64,000 bases of DNA from the NCBI RefSeq assembly GCF_037042905.1, contig NC_087251.1, positions 24,802,001 through 24,866,000 of the forward strand, in the 5' to 3' direction. Source of the stretch: Lytechinus pictus. Lineage: Eukaryota. The position numbers and the translations under genes were made by a program. The first letter of the stretch is position 1; each line of letters opens with the position of its first letter. The notes under the pieces are model-generated. The model saw nothing but the letters and a program-made list of their open reading frames with translations. It made no database searches and had not been told where the DNA came from. Of the stretch, positions 36,835 through 49,900 are shown one piece after another.

Positions 36835-39043
36835 GGTGCAGCTGTAGATGGCACTTCCTGGTTGAGTTTTTTTTGTTTGGCACACTCAAGCTTCCAGAGA
36901 CCCTGCACGATTGGGGGAGGGGGAGACAAACGGAGATTAGAAATTAAGGTGGATGTACGGATATCAAATACATGGGATATCTGACTCATTTTGAGGAAAG
37001 GTCACTAGGTTGACATATGCTTGGATCTACTCTGTGACTTGACTGACCAGTCACGCAACAATACAAGTTACTTGCATTTGTTGACACCCTGTGCATCTCA
37101 AGGCTTGGCAAGTTGCCCCAAACAAGGGCAATGTTTTTTTTTTCTTCATATATCAAATATAAATTTCATCTACAGAAAGACAGTGATGCCATAATTTTGT
37201 CATGCAGGTGGAAGAGTTCTTCCTTTGTAAACAAAAAGAAGCATTATTATTTGACCACAAAAGTATGTTATTTCTTTACAGCACTTCATTCCGACATCAG
37301 AAGAATTATGGCGTTGCGAGCTGGCTTTTCATATATTAAGTTGATTTGAATGATAATGTGTAGATATGGCCTATATATATCAATCATTTCAAACACAAAA
37401 TGTAACATGCAGTTCATGCAAACAAGAAAGACTTTGTGATGAAATGTCACTTGAAAAATGAAATATTATTTTGATCTCCATCCAATTCGTATAACCATTG
37501 AGAACCTGCCAAAAGCAATTTCCAAGTTGTGTTTGCATGCTAGTTTATACCGATACCTACTTTCGGCCTAAAATGTTGCTTTATCTTAATTCCCCTTGGT
37601 ATAACACAGTATACAAGAATGCAAACCGGCTTTCCTCTCGTCCTCTTGTGGAGAAAATCAGTGTAACAGTAATAAAGTCAGTGAATTTATGAAAATTCAA
37701 TTTCATAGAGATAAGATCAAAGGGATATCCGTCTCCTATCAAGCCACAATGCAAGGTTAATTTGATTAATCATCTACAGACGTCAAGTTTACCATATTAC
37801 ATGATGCAATGTCACTGTCAAGTTTTGGAGTTTGTGTTTAAAAAATGGTTGATTATTGTATTCTTCCTTGGATACCGTTACAACAATCATTACATCAAAT
37901 CATGGAAAAAAATATACATATGAATATCATCAATGAAAATATGACAATAACCATGCAAATCAATTTTGATTCTGAAAGATAGATTTTCTGCTTAGACTGA
38001 GATATGTTTTTTTATGAACAGAGTAGTATATTCCACATTATTACCTATACAAAGCATTTTAGGAGATAAATGAAAGTCAAAACAGAGGTCAATATTGGCC
38101 CTCGTCTAAAGACTTGGGCCAATATGATTCTGTTGCGGGTGGGCGACATACATGTATTTGATGTTCCCCTCAAGGACAGTCAATATTATATAAATATTCC
38201 AGGTAATATTTTGCAACTTTGTTTCAACACAGGAAATTTTTGTACACTAAATCATATATTTTCATGATCTTATTGCTTCTTAATTCACTTTGTACTAGTC
38301 GTTGTCCGGAATTTAACATTTGTGTGATTGCTTTGTTGGGAATTCACAAAAATACAATCACAGAAAAATGTTAGGCACTTCTATATAAAATTCTACTTTT
38401 TTAAATTTCAACATTTCATTTGATGAAAATGTGCAGAGTATATGTTTATTTTTTTAAAGAACATTAGAGCCTATGTATACTGAAAAAAAATCTTGCAAAC
38501 ATTAGCAAGATAACTTTTAATATTAAAAAACTTGAATATGTGTATCCTACAATAAAAATAATCTTTGACTGATTTGAAGTCTAAGGTAACAGTATACAAC
38601 TACACAAAATGAAAGTCATCATTGGGGATACTGTATGCCATGGAAAAGCTTGTTATTTAAAAACATATGTTTGAAATATATGAAAGTCATTAGAGATGAA
38701 AGTTTCTGTCAACATTCTAATTGGCTGAATGTGCAACCTTCATACCTCAATCTCACAATCCACTTTTCAAATCAGGATGTTCTGATTTATAAGAAATTCA
38801 CATTTGTTTATCACATATCATTGATGGCTGATAAGAATACTGATATATTCAAAACTCAAAGATTTTCTTCTTCAAAATATGTTTACTAAATGGTCTAAAT
38901 CAGGATTTTTTTTCCACATCAATGGCTTGTAACATGAAGGGATACAATTATTTTCAAAAGTAATTTGATTGTTTTGTATAGTTTGCCAATATTTAATTGC
39001 GTTTAATGTTACAATCAATCATATTTTTATGCTTAGGACCCAA

Positions 39044-39332
39044 ATAATAATAATAATAAAGGTATATTTACCCAGGGTAGCCACTTCAGTTCCGAAAACT
39101 GTTCTCCCAGCGGGCCGTGCTATTATTACCCGGCTAAGCTAGGCTACCTATTCGGTGCACACAGCTGTTTTGAGGAATTACTTCCTGCCGGTACCCATTT
39201 ACCTCACCTGGGTTGAGTGCAGCACACTGTGGATGAATTCCTTGCTAAAGGAAATTATGCTATGGCTGGGATTTCAAGCCACGACCCTCTGTTTCAAAGT
39301 CCGGAGACTAATCCACTGGGCCACGACGCTCC
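39044..39332 (-). mobile_element. tRNA-derived SINE
   Basis: Minus strand starts GGAGCGTCGTGGCCCAGTGG (A box), has a degenerate B box GGCTTGAAATCC and a central AAATGGGTACC core, and ends in a (TTA)n tail. Confidence 0.75.
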
Positions 39333-40361
39333 AGATGCAATAAGAATAAAAAGAAAAGAAACATCCAGTATGCAAAAGTTGTCCTGACCTTTGCTCCTGA
39401 AGGACACTCTCCAATATCTAAAATTACAAATATTTATAGGACTCACTATGTATAGTCTAGGATTAGTGTTGGGTTAAGGTGAGAACAAAGGGGAAAACAA
39501 ATGTGAAATTTAGGGAAAATACTGAATTTCATGGAAAATAAGGTTCGGGGGGGGGGTGTAAAAAATACAATAAACACCAAAATGAAATAAAGCATTTAAC
39601 AATTCTAATGAACAAAGAAAAATCCAATAAAAAAACCCTCCAGTCATCAGCAGGAAATCTAGATCAAACCTATTTGCAGTATTAACCATAAGATAAAGTC
39701 AACTTTTAGTAACAAATTTTGCAATTGCTTCGTCATGTTTTTTTTCCCATAATACCAAAGGAAGTAGAATATGCCATTTAAAAAACAGAGTTCTAACTGT
39801 TGGGTACTCTTGGTTAAGGTAATAGGATTTTTTTTAAATCATTTTTTAAATGAGTAAATAGATAGTCAGTTAGAGCATGGGCCTACTAGAGTAGGACCAT
39901 GGTTATAGAGTCAGAGTCAGGGTCAGATTTGGTCTCATATTATAAGCAAATCATCAATGGGATTTATAATGGAAGCAATTGTTGTTTCGAGACAAACCTC
40001 AAAGAGTTGTAAGAACAACAATTCAAACGTCCAAGACTATCATAATATTTTTTCTACATTTTCTCACCTAAACTTCAGTGTTTTACATCACTCCTCGGGA
40101 CTAACACAATTGAAGTTTAGCGATAGCTCTTGCAGTTGACTTATCCGATTGATTGCCTTTCATGATTAATACAATCAATTGTTAATATCGGCCCTACAAT
40201 CAATTGCTATGCATTGTGATCAAGACTAACCAGGGCTCCTGGTCAGAGTAAAATAATCCCAGTTATAAATCAAAACAAAACAATTGACATGAAAATATGA
40301 CTTGTACATGCACTGTACTTTTCAAAAGGAGAGAGAAAGAATCTAAGAATCACATATCTGT

Positions 40362-41043
40362 CAATGATGAAACATCCATGACTTGATAGAAAAATTGATA
40401 TCTCATTTTGTTATGATATATTAGATGACAGATATGCCAGGTATTAGATTCTACCAAATCATTCTATCTCCTGTACCTATCCAGGGTTGAGTTCAGAAAT
40501 AACATTTCTCTGCCAAACATTTCTTTTGCTTCATCAAAAATCAACAATCTGAATTGCATTTTTGTCATATTTTTAGCATAAATTATATTAAATGGAAATG
40601 GACAATGTTATCATTGAGTCCCAGCATAAAAAAAATGTAGTGTTCCCTGACTTCCAATTGATAAGTTTCAGTTCACCTGCCAATTTTTAATGTGCATTTA
40701 ACAATGATGAAACATCCTTGACTTGATAGAAAAATTGATATCTCATTTTGTCATGATATATTAGATGACAGATATGCCAGGTATTAGATTCTACCAAATC
40801 ATTCTATCTCCTGTACCTATCCAGGGTTGAGTTCAGAAATAACATTTCTCTGCTAAACATTTCTTTTGCTTCATCAAAAATCAACAATCTGAATTGCATT
40901 TATGTCATATTTTTAGCATAAATTATATTAAATGGAAATGGACAATGTTATCATTGAGTCCCAGCATTAAAAAAATGTAGTGTTCCCTGACTTCCAATTG
41001 ATAAGTTTCAGTTCACCTGCCAATTTTTAATGTGCATTTAACA
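40362..41043 (+). repeat. 340-bp tandem duplication
   Basis: 40362-40701 and 40702-41041 are nearly identical (about 5 substitutions seen). Confidence 0.9.
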
Positions 41044-43485
41044 GGAGGGGGGGGAGTAGAAAATGTATTGAGTAAAACAAATGCACAAAATCAGTCTGAT
41101 ATACCACTCTAACAAGAGAATATGTGAGACAACTTGCATGTTCCAATTTCTGATCAATTTTCATTGCAAGCAATCATCCCTTTCAACTCTAAAAACAATT
41201 AATGGTTGACATTCATCACCAACAAAAAGCAAAATAAAAGTGAAACAAAAATCATAATTTTCAAGCATAGGATGTTATTGAGCACAACACTTGCCTCCAA
41301 ACAATATCTGATGCAGATGGGCTAGTGTCTCAAATCCACTATATTTTAATCAACATTTCATGTACCTCACTCTGGTTTCAAATTTTCTCTGAACACACCC
41401 TAGATTACTTAAGACAAGGAAGGAAATTCAGTCACAACCACAGTTTGGTGTGGTGTGTAGTGGTGAGGGTTTTTATCTCAAAAGACCAAGATCTACAAGA
41501 GGCCATCTAAGGTTATAGGAAACTCTTCTTCCCTGTCATCATGATTATTCACATCAAGTTTATTCTTGGTTCAACAACATCAACATCATCACAAATTTAT
41601 GCCCGAAACTGTATTTTTTCACCTAGTAGTCTGCAGCTGGTCATGTTCCATCATGTTCTCGCTACAAACTAAAAGAGACCAACTGGTGAATGTATTTAAA
41701 GAATAATTTTGCCCACTTAATTTACATATCTCACAGAACATGAATAGTGCATATTTTTTTAATGTAAAATTTAATGGTCCTCAGATCTGACAATCAAACA
41801 CTTCATTTGAGAGTTCAGCTTACTAAATGATTATAAATTAATCAAAGAACTATTGAGTATTCAACTGTTCAAAAAATTAACTGTAGAGTACCAGAGATAA
41901 CTATAATTGTATTTAAGGGATGCTGAAGGGATGCTGAAGGGATGCTGACATCAGATTTAAAAAGGTTATTGAGCTGGTTATATCTTGTGAACAGGTCATT
42001 ATCTTTTCCAACTCATAGAATGAAATAGATTATGACCTGATCTTCAATTACATTCCTGTCATATGCTTTGATCCAATGACTTATTCTGTCTGCTCAAAGG
42101 ATTAGATGTGCTTTGTTACCATTTCTGCATTATTCATACAACACTTAATTGTGGTGAAAGATGAGGGCAGATCTCGAGCCAAATAAACAATGGATATTTC
42201 AGGTCATTAAATCTCGTCTTTACAATTTGTTACATTCCTATAGATCTATATCTTACTCAGTAGCGCTTGATATTTGACAGGATATTTAAGGGGAAATAAG
42301 CTACTTAATCTCCCCAGTAATGATGCAAGACAGATAATGTTTCAGGGTCATGAGGAAAATTTGATAGTTACTTAAATTAAAGCAACATAAAATCTAGATA
42401 ATTCATCCCTAATCTCAGAAGAAACTTTCCTATCCCAGACTCACCAAAATAATTAGACTTAATTATAATATTTACCTCCCCCCCCCAAAAAAAAAATGAA
42501 AAGGCCTTTAAAAATATTACCCCCCCCCCCCAAAAAAAAAAAAGATTTAGAGAGACAAACATACATGTAACTTGTCTTTTTAATTAATTAATTAATTCTA
42601 ATTAATTCATCTGAAGAAAAATTAAACTATATATATATTTCTAATCCTGGAAATGATTTTTCTTTATCCATTGGTGACGTGTAATAAATTCAAGAAGAAA
42701 TATCATCAAACTGATATCATTATACGGGATACATACATGAATTTCAAAGGCCTAGTGATTATTTTTTTTTAAGTTTTTCAATACAATCGGATCCAAATGC
42801 AATTTTCAAAGCTATCTGTTTAATGAATGTATAGTAAATAATATATATCCAGAATTTATTCTCTAATTGCAGTGTACATTTCATGTCAAGTGCGGGTGGG
42901 TTTAAATTAAAGCACATGACTGGAAATTTCAAGTAAAAACAAAGAGAACTGTGCTTTTTCATATATGGCACCTTCGAACAGTTTCCATTTTAGAAAACTT
43001 TAATGTAACTGAAAAATCAAAGCAAGACTTAAGATGCTACTTCCAAATAGTTGAAGGTTTTTTTTACAACCAAATTAGGCAATGGACCCCTAGCACTGTT
43101 AAAGAAATACAGGAATAAAATCATAAATCACTCATCATGATTGACAAGACCAGGGAAGTAAGTGGGTTAGATATAATAAATCTGGAAATTGGTCATGACT
43201 AAGCTTAGTCAGAACCAATTGCCAATAAAAGGCATTTTCTGGGATCAATGGGGCCACTGTTTCAGGGAGAGTTCTTAACCATTTAAAAGTTCTAAATATT
43301 GGGAAGATGGTTTGTATGTAAAACTGAGTTGCCTAAAATACATGTCAATGAAGTTGGTATGATTTTTGAAGCTGTTTGGCATGAATGATTGTTACTCTGA
43401 AATGAATCTTTTTAACAACCTAAAGAGGGAATTGTATTGTTTTAACTCTAAGGGTCGAATTGAATTTCAATATCAAGTTGACTTA

Positions 43486-43724
43486 ATAATAATAATAAAT
43501 CTTATATACCCAGGGTAACCACTCTCAGCTGTAAGCTTTTCTTCAAACGGGTCCTGCATAACATTATGTTATTACTACCCTTCTCCGTTATCATACATCT
43601 ATAGCCTGACAAGAAGGCAGAAGGTCCCATTTTTAAAGTCTTTGGTATGACTCGGCCAGGGATCTAACCCACGACCTCCCGTTCATGAGGCGGATGCTCT
43701 ACCACTAAGCCACCATATCCGGTC
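43486..43724 (-). mobile_element. tRNA-derived SINE (different head)
   Basis: Minus strand GACCGGATATGGTGGCTTAGTGGTAGAGC (A box)...GGGTTAGATCCC (B box)...; 3' end shares CCCTGGGTA...(TTA)n with the 39044-39332 SINE. Confidence 0.7.
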
Positions 43725-44519
43725 AGTAAACAGAGTGAAATCAAACAAGTCAACACTGATAACATTTTATATTAAAAAATACCCTTTTATACATATACAT
43801 GCACAGCACAAGCTGGTACAACTGTATTTGTATGTGAAATATTCAATTTTTTTTAGGACTCCGAAAATGAAAAAAAACATGGTTTTACTTCACCTGGCTT
43901 GAACGTATGCAATATTCTCATTATTGTTACTGTTTCTTTGATATCAAATAGACAACAATTAAAAATATTATATATTTTATACAAAATTTAGTGAGTGACA
44001 ACATCAACTCAAAAGCCTATCAATCATGTTGTTCATATCACATACACAAACTCTTGAGAAATTCAGTGAATTTTAAATGTTAGAACTTCCTTATTTCACT
44101 TCTGAAGTCCGATTTTGATATTTTCAGTAATACAAAAATAATTCTTTGACTTTTCTCTTAAAATCAATTTATTTGGGGGGAGAACATGAACTTTTATCAT
44201 GCAAAGACATAAAAGATGATCTATTTACTTCATTAGATTTAGATGTTATGACATTTAGAGTCTTCAAGTCCTGTACACATTATTCAATAGAGATTAGAGA
44301 AGTCAGAATGACTTGGGCACATTGCCATTTAATTAATTTTGTGGTGATTACAATAAGATATTGAAAAAAGATTCAAACCGATGTCAGACATAATAATTGA
44401 TGTCAAGGAAAACTGCATTTTATAAGAGAGACCACGAACTGAGGGCTGTTTCACAAAGCTGTTTGTAAGCTATGAATGATGTCATGTATGACTGGTGACC
44501 ATCTTGTGCTAAGAGATAT

Positions 44520-45091
44520 TGTTACGTTTTCTTTGGGTAAACTTGTTTGGACGCACAAAAGACTCTGCACAATATAGTTCACGATTTCATCTGCTTTATT
44601 TTACGAGGGTAGCGTGGTACAAGTTAAGATGTTCTCCTGTTCACTTCAAAATCAAGACTGACTCAATATGTCCAAATCACCATAATCTAGTATTGAACCT
44701 ACCAGCAGATCTGATCTCATATGGACTACAATTGTAACAGTTTATATAAGGAACAATACACCCAATTTCAATCCCTTGAGAACAGAAAGCTTAACAAGAA
44801 TTAAGTAGTAAACAAAGGATAATCACATGGAGTGTACAAAAGAGCAGAATACATGAAAGAGAGGAGACAACTGAACAGTCCATGGGAAATGCAAACAAAT
44901 GCTGGAGTAACCTGTTAAGCAGGAAGGGAGCATTGACTCAGTGGTCATTCCCATATTACTAACATTAATAATATTACATGAACTAAAACCCCTTGGGAAT
45001 AACAAACAGACTTTACACTTCAATAAGATGGGGCGAACAACAGCTGCTTAATAACTAAGTCATGAAACACATAACTCTGGGCCGTAACACT
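44520..45091 (-). repeat. 3' LTR
   Basis: On the minus strand (AG)TGTTAC...GTAACA; TATA-like TATATAAA near 44741-44748 and AATAAA near 44595-44600; preceded by the polypurine tract GGAGGGGGAGC (45092-45102). Confidence 0.95.
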
Positions 45092-46932
45092 GCTCCCCCT
45101 CCAATAAAAATGTATTGCCCTCAATACAAACATAGTGGCATTCCAAAAAAAAAAATAAAAAAAAAAATAAAAAAAAAATAAAACCAAAAACAATTGCTAT
45201 ATATACATGTTATGTAGTATAGGTTTGAAACAATAACAGTAACAACAATACACACATCTTATAATATAGTTTTTACAGCAGTTTAAAAGCGTGAGAAAGA
45301 AAAAAAAAGAAAAGATAAGGGGAAATGTGAATGTACAAAGATATAATGTACTTAGGAACATGCGAGTAATGACAAAACCCAATACAAAATAATTAGGAAC
45401 TTATTTTTGATGATTGATGGTCGATACATCGCATTGGATATTGAGTATTTAAGTGATAAACTAATGAAATACCAAATCAAATATCACAAGTATTTATGTT
45501 ATAAGGAGTATATCAATACTCAAGACTGTGGAAAAGAGGTGGCTGAATCTATTTCAATACCTAACAAAAGGCATTGAATGTATCGTAGGTCTATAGCTGA
45601 GGATTAAATCACCTATACCGAATTAAAACTACAACATCAACAAAAGCATTTACATAACTATCAAAACCAAACACCCAATATGATTACAACAACACTTAAG
45701 GCAATTAATAATGTAAATTATGAAATCAGTGCTTGTACGGTTTACGTAATATGCATACCAATATACTTCTACCCAGAACAGAAGATAATGAAAAACAAAA
45801 AATGAATAAATAAAACTTTTTATAATCATTGATAAAAACAACTGTTTAACTAATAGAACATTTTATCTTGAAGCTGAAATCAAAGAAAGGTGAATATAAT
45901 TGATATGTATTTCATGAGTAAGTTCTAGATCTAATAGGAAAGACTACAATATAGAAAAAAGGCAGAGATAGACTGCGGATACATAAATTTGAGAAGGAAA
46001 CTGACAGAATCAGATATGAACCAACATTTACCCAAATTAGTCAATGAGTGTACAATATTCTCAGAACAATTTCTTTTACATCATCTTCAGAGTAACAACA
46101 TAAATCATTATTCCTGAACAAATATATTTTTAACAAGAAAGCAAGAAAAAAAACCATATACATGTACATATGCATAAATTCATTAAGGCTGGAGGTAAGA
46201 AGGATAGAGATAGAAAAGGTGAAAAAAAAAAAAATAATGAAAATAAGATGTGGGAAGGAAAGTGTTTTTTTTTTTCACGGGAGAGAGAAAGGGGGGGGGG
46301 GTAAGGGTCAGTCATAAGATTAACCAACTCATAAACTGGAAATATATTATAGATAACAGTAGAAACCAACATGCAGGGATATACCCAATCCTAATAGTCA
46401 ACACTTTTTGTTGCTAGTTATATACATAAATCAGCACAATTTGAATCAAACGGCCTGGAAACACCAGCTCAGGCACCTTTGTGTAGGTGCAGGGCATCAT
46501 CAAATTGGCGACTTCCATCATTATTGTATCCCAAATTACAAACAACCATCACCTCGTCAATACACATCAAATTACTTGGTGTCGTAATTAACACAACGTT
46601 AGATTGAGATCACTTGATTCCCCGATACACTTCTTTGTTCTCTATATAATATAAGTAACAGTTACTAAACTATAAGCAATATGAACCCAAATTAGGATTT
46701 TGGTGTATATTCTCACTTCAGTCAAAATAAGAAACAATCTTTAACGATTATCAGTGGAAGAGGTGGTTGTGCAGTGGGGGGGGGGGGGGATTCAGGAAGG
46801 AAACATAATTCATATATTCGATGAAAGTTAGCCAGTGAAGAAAACAAGGGATAAGAATAAAATGAAGAGAAAAAGAAAATGAAGAAAAGATCAAGCCCTT
46901 CTCAACACAAAACATATACTCATAAATACCAA

Positions 46933-49900
46933 CTAAAACATTGTTTGGACAGTACGTGACTTTGTTGTCCTGTTCTTGCCTGATAAAACTTGTTCTTGCA
47001 ATTTGTAAACCCAGTCAGGCAAGTCATTACTTACATACGGTTTGAGCCTATCATGGTGGACTACTTTTGACTGTGACTTATTTTGTTTGATTTCAAACAA
47101 CAAATCATTTATTTTTCTCACTACTACAAATGGCCCTTGCCACTTTTCTGGATTCAATTTAGGGCTCAAACCTTTCTTTCTTGTCTTATCAAGACAATAG
47201 ACCAGGTTACCAACATTAAATGCATTTTCGCTCAATCGGACATCATGATCCTGTTTCTGTCGTTCGGCCGTTTTCCCTATTTGATCTCTGGCCAAATCAT
47301 ATGCCCTATCTAACTCATTTTGCATCTTGAGTACATACTCTTCAACCTTATTAGGCACAGAGTCAGGCCGCAACCCTAGGACTACTTCGAGGGGGGTTTT
47401 CACTTCTCTTCCCAACATTAAATAATTGGGAGAGAACCCTGTTGTTTCATGAGTCGTACTGCGGTAAGCAGCTGTTAACAATTTAATGTTGCCATCCCAG
47501 TCTTTTTGATTTTTGCTTACATATGACGAAATCATATTGACTAAAGTTTGATTAAATCTCTCTATGAATCCATTCGATTGAGGGTGGTAACCTGACGTTC
47601 TAGTTTTATGTATTTTAAGTGCATGACACATGTCACGAAATAGAGCGGATTCGAATGTCCTTCCCTGGTCAGTGTGTATTTCGAATGGTGTTCCAAATCT
47701 CGAAATAAACTCATGAACTACCTTATCGGCAACTGTATTTGAACACTGATCAGGGATGGGATATGCTTCTATCCATTTAGTGAAAGTATCACCCACTACC
47801 AGTACATATTTGTTACCACTCTCAGATTCAGGAAAAGGTCCTAAGATGTCAATACAAACTCTGTCTAAAGGAGCACCTTGTTGGTAGTTTTTGAGTGGGG
47901 CACGAGGGGTCCTGTGAGGTCTTTTCCTCGCACCACAAACACTGCAAGCTAGAATGTAATTCCTAACTGTTTCTTTCATCTTATACCAGTAATAGTGATG
48001 TCTGATTCGACTCAAAGATTTCTTCATGCCCAAATGGCCTGACATCACATTATCGTGGTTGTTTTCCAAAATCAACTTTATCAATGATTTAGGTGTGACG
48101 AGTGTCAAGTGTGATTTGGATGGACCTTCATCATACCGCTTGTATAATACATCATCAATTAATACAAGCTGGTCCCACAATAACCACAGATTTCTGATTA
48201 TTGGACTCTTGTCCTGTATCTTTTCACGATTAGGTCTCACATTTGATTCTTTCATCCAAACCCAAACAACACCAATATCTTTATCTTGCCTTTGAATTGT
48301 TGACAGGCTTGATGCAGTCACCCCTAAATTATCTAGAATTGGTCTTCCATTACTTGGTTTGTTCGATTCATTCGAGCTTGCAGTATTTCTTGCCCTTCCT
48401 CTTGTGGTTACTTGCCTAACATATTGACAACTAGTACTGCTACACATTTTTACACAAACACATTTGACTGAATGATAGAAGGATCGCATATTCTTAGAAA
48501 AGAAAGAGAGAGCAAGATGTATAATCATTAAAACATACCAGATCATCAGTCTTAGTTCTGAACAATACATCTTACTCTCTTTATCGGGTTCTTGAAATTG
48601 GACTTCAGTGTCAGTTGAGGTCGATTTTGTTGCTTGTACTCGTCGCATATTTATAAGTGGCACAACATCTTCATAGTCAATGAAGCTGGACCATGCCAGG
48701 TGCTTCCTCTTGCAAGCTGTACAGCCGCCACACGGCAAAGCGTCCAAAATAGGTTCGAAGTCATAACAGCTGCATGATTCCGGGCTGCATTGGATTCGTG
48801 ACAGTGCATCGGCATTGGCGTGACTCTTTCCTGATCGATGCTCCATGACAAAATTGAATTGGGCAAGGATCTCGAGCCAACGGGCCATCTGATCCGTCGG
48901 CTCTCGGAAAGACATGATCCACCTAAGTGACGAATGGTCGGTGCGGATGGTAAACTTGTGTCCCAGCAGATAATGACGAAAATGATGGACAAATGTGACG
49001 ACGGCTAGGAGTTCTCTCCGCGTCACACAATATCGCCGCTGGGTTTTTGTCAGAGTTTTGCTGGCGTAAGCAATGGGACGTTCTTCCATCCTCCCACTCA
49101 CATGATTAAATTGGATTTGTGACAACGTTGCACCAATTCCAAATGCAGACGCGTCGGTATCCAAGATGAATCTGCCAGAGTTGCTGGGATACGCCATCAG
49201 ATTGTCACCAGTCAGGGCCTTTTTCAGTTCATCAAAAGCTTTCCCACAGTCATCGCTCCACTCAAATTGTACGCCCTTCTCAAGCAGTCGGGTTAATGGA
49301 CGCGCGATTGTTGAAAAACCCTTAATGAACTTTCGATAGTAAGAGCAAAGTCCTAAGAAGGAACGCACATCTCCTACAGTGGTTGGAGTTTTCCACTCGG
49401 TCACAGCACTAACTTTCTCAGGGTTTGGTTTTACTCCATCTGTTGTCACAATATGGCCCAGGTAGAGAACCTCCTCTTGAAATAATGCACACTTGCTGGG
49501 TTTCAACTTGAGCCCGGCTCTGCTCAAGCGGTGCAATACTTCATCGAGATGGGACAGGTGCTCATCAAAAGTCTTACTGAAGATTATAAGATCATCCAGG
49601 TAGACTAGCAGAGTTTTCCATTGCAGACCTTTCATCACTAGTTCCATGCATCTCTCAAAGGTGCTTGGTGCATTAGATAGTCCAAACGGCATTACAATAT
49701 ATTCATACAGACCAGATTTTGTTCGGAAAGCAGTTTTGGGCCTGTCGTCTTCCTTAACTTCAATCTGCCAATATCCTGATTGGAGATCGAGAGTGGAGAA
49801 AACTTTACTGCCGCTTAGGCTGTCCAAACATTCATCAATTTTGGGGAGTGGGAAGCAGTCAAATTCAGTCACAGAATTGAGTTTACGATAATCCACACAG

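Noticed and set aside
35401..36885. 494-aa single-exon ORF as listed in the ORF track
   Set aside because: It begins at a GTG and runs into intron sequence past the donor after 35778; the supported exon is 36834-35778.
39260..39332. tRNA gene (also 43650-43724)
   Set aside because: B boxes are degenerate, no complete cloverleaf was seen, and each continues into a SINE body with a (TTA)n tail.
41916..41948. AGGGATGCTGA x3
   Set aside because: An ordinary short slippage repeat with no further structure.
44519..45023. Duplicated short ORFs (also at 52183-52687)
   Set aside because: Incidental frames within the LTRs.
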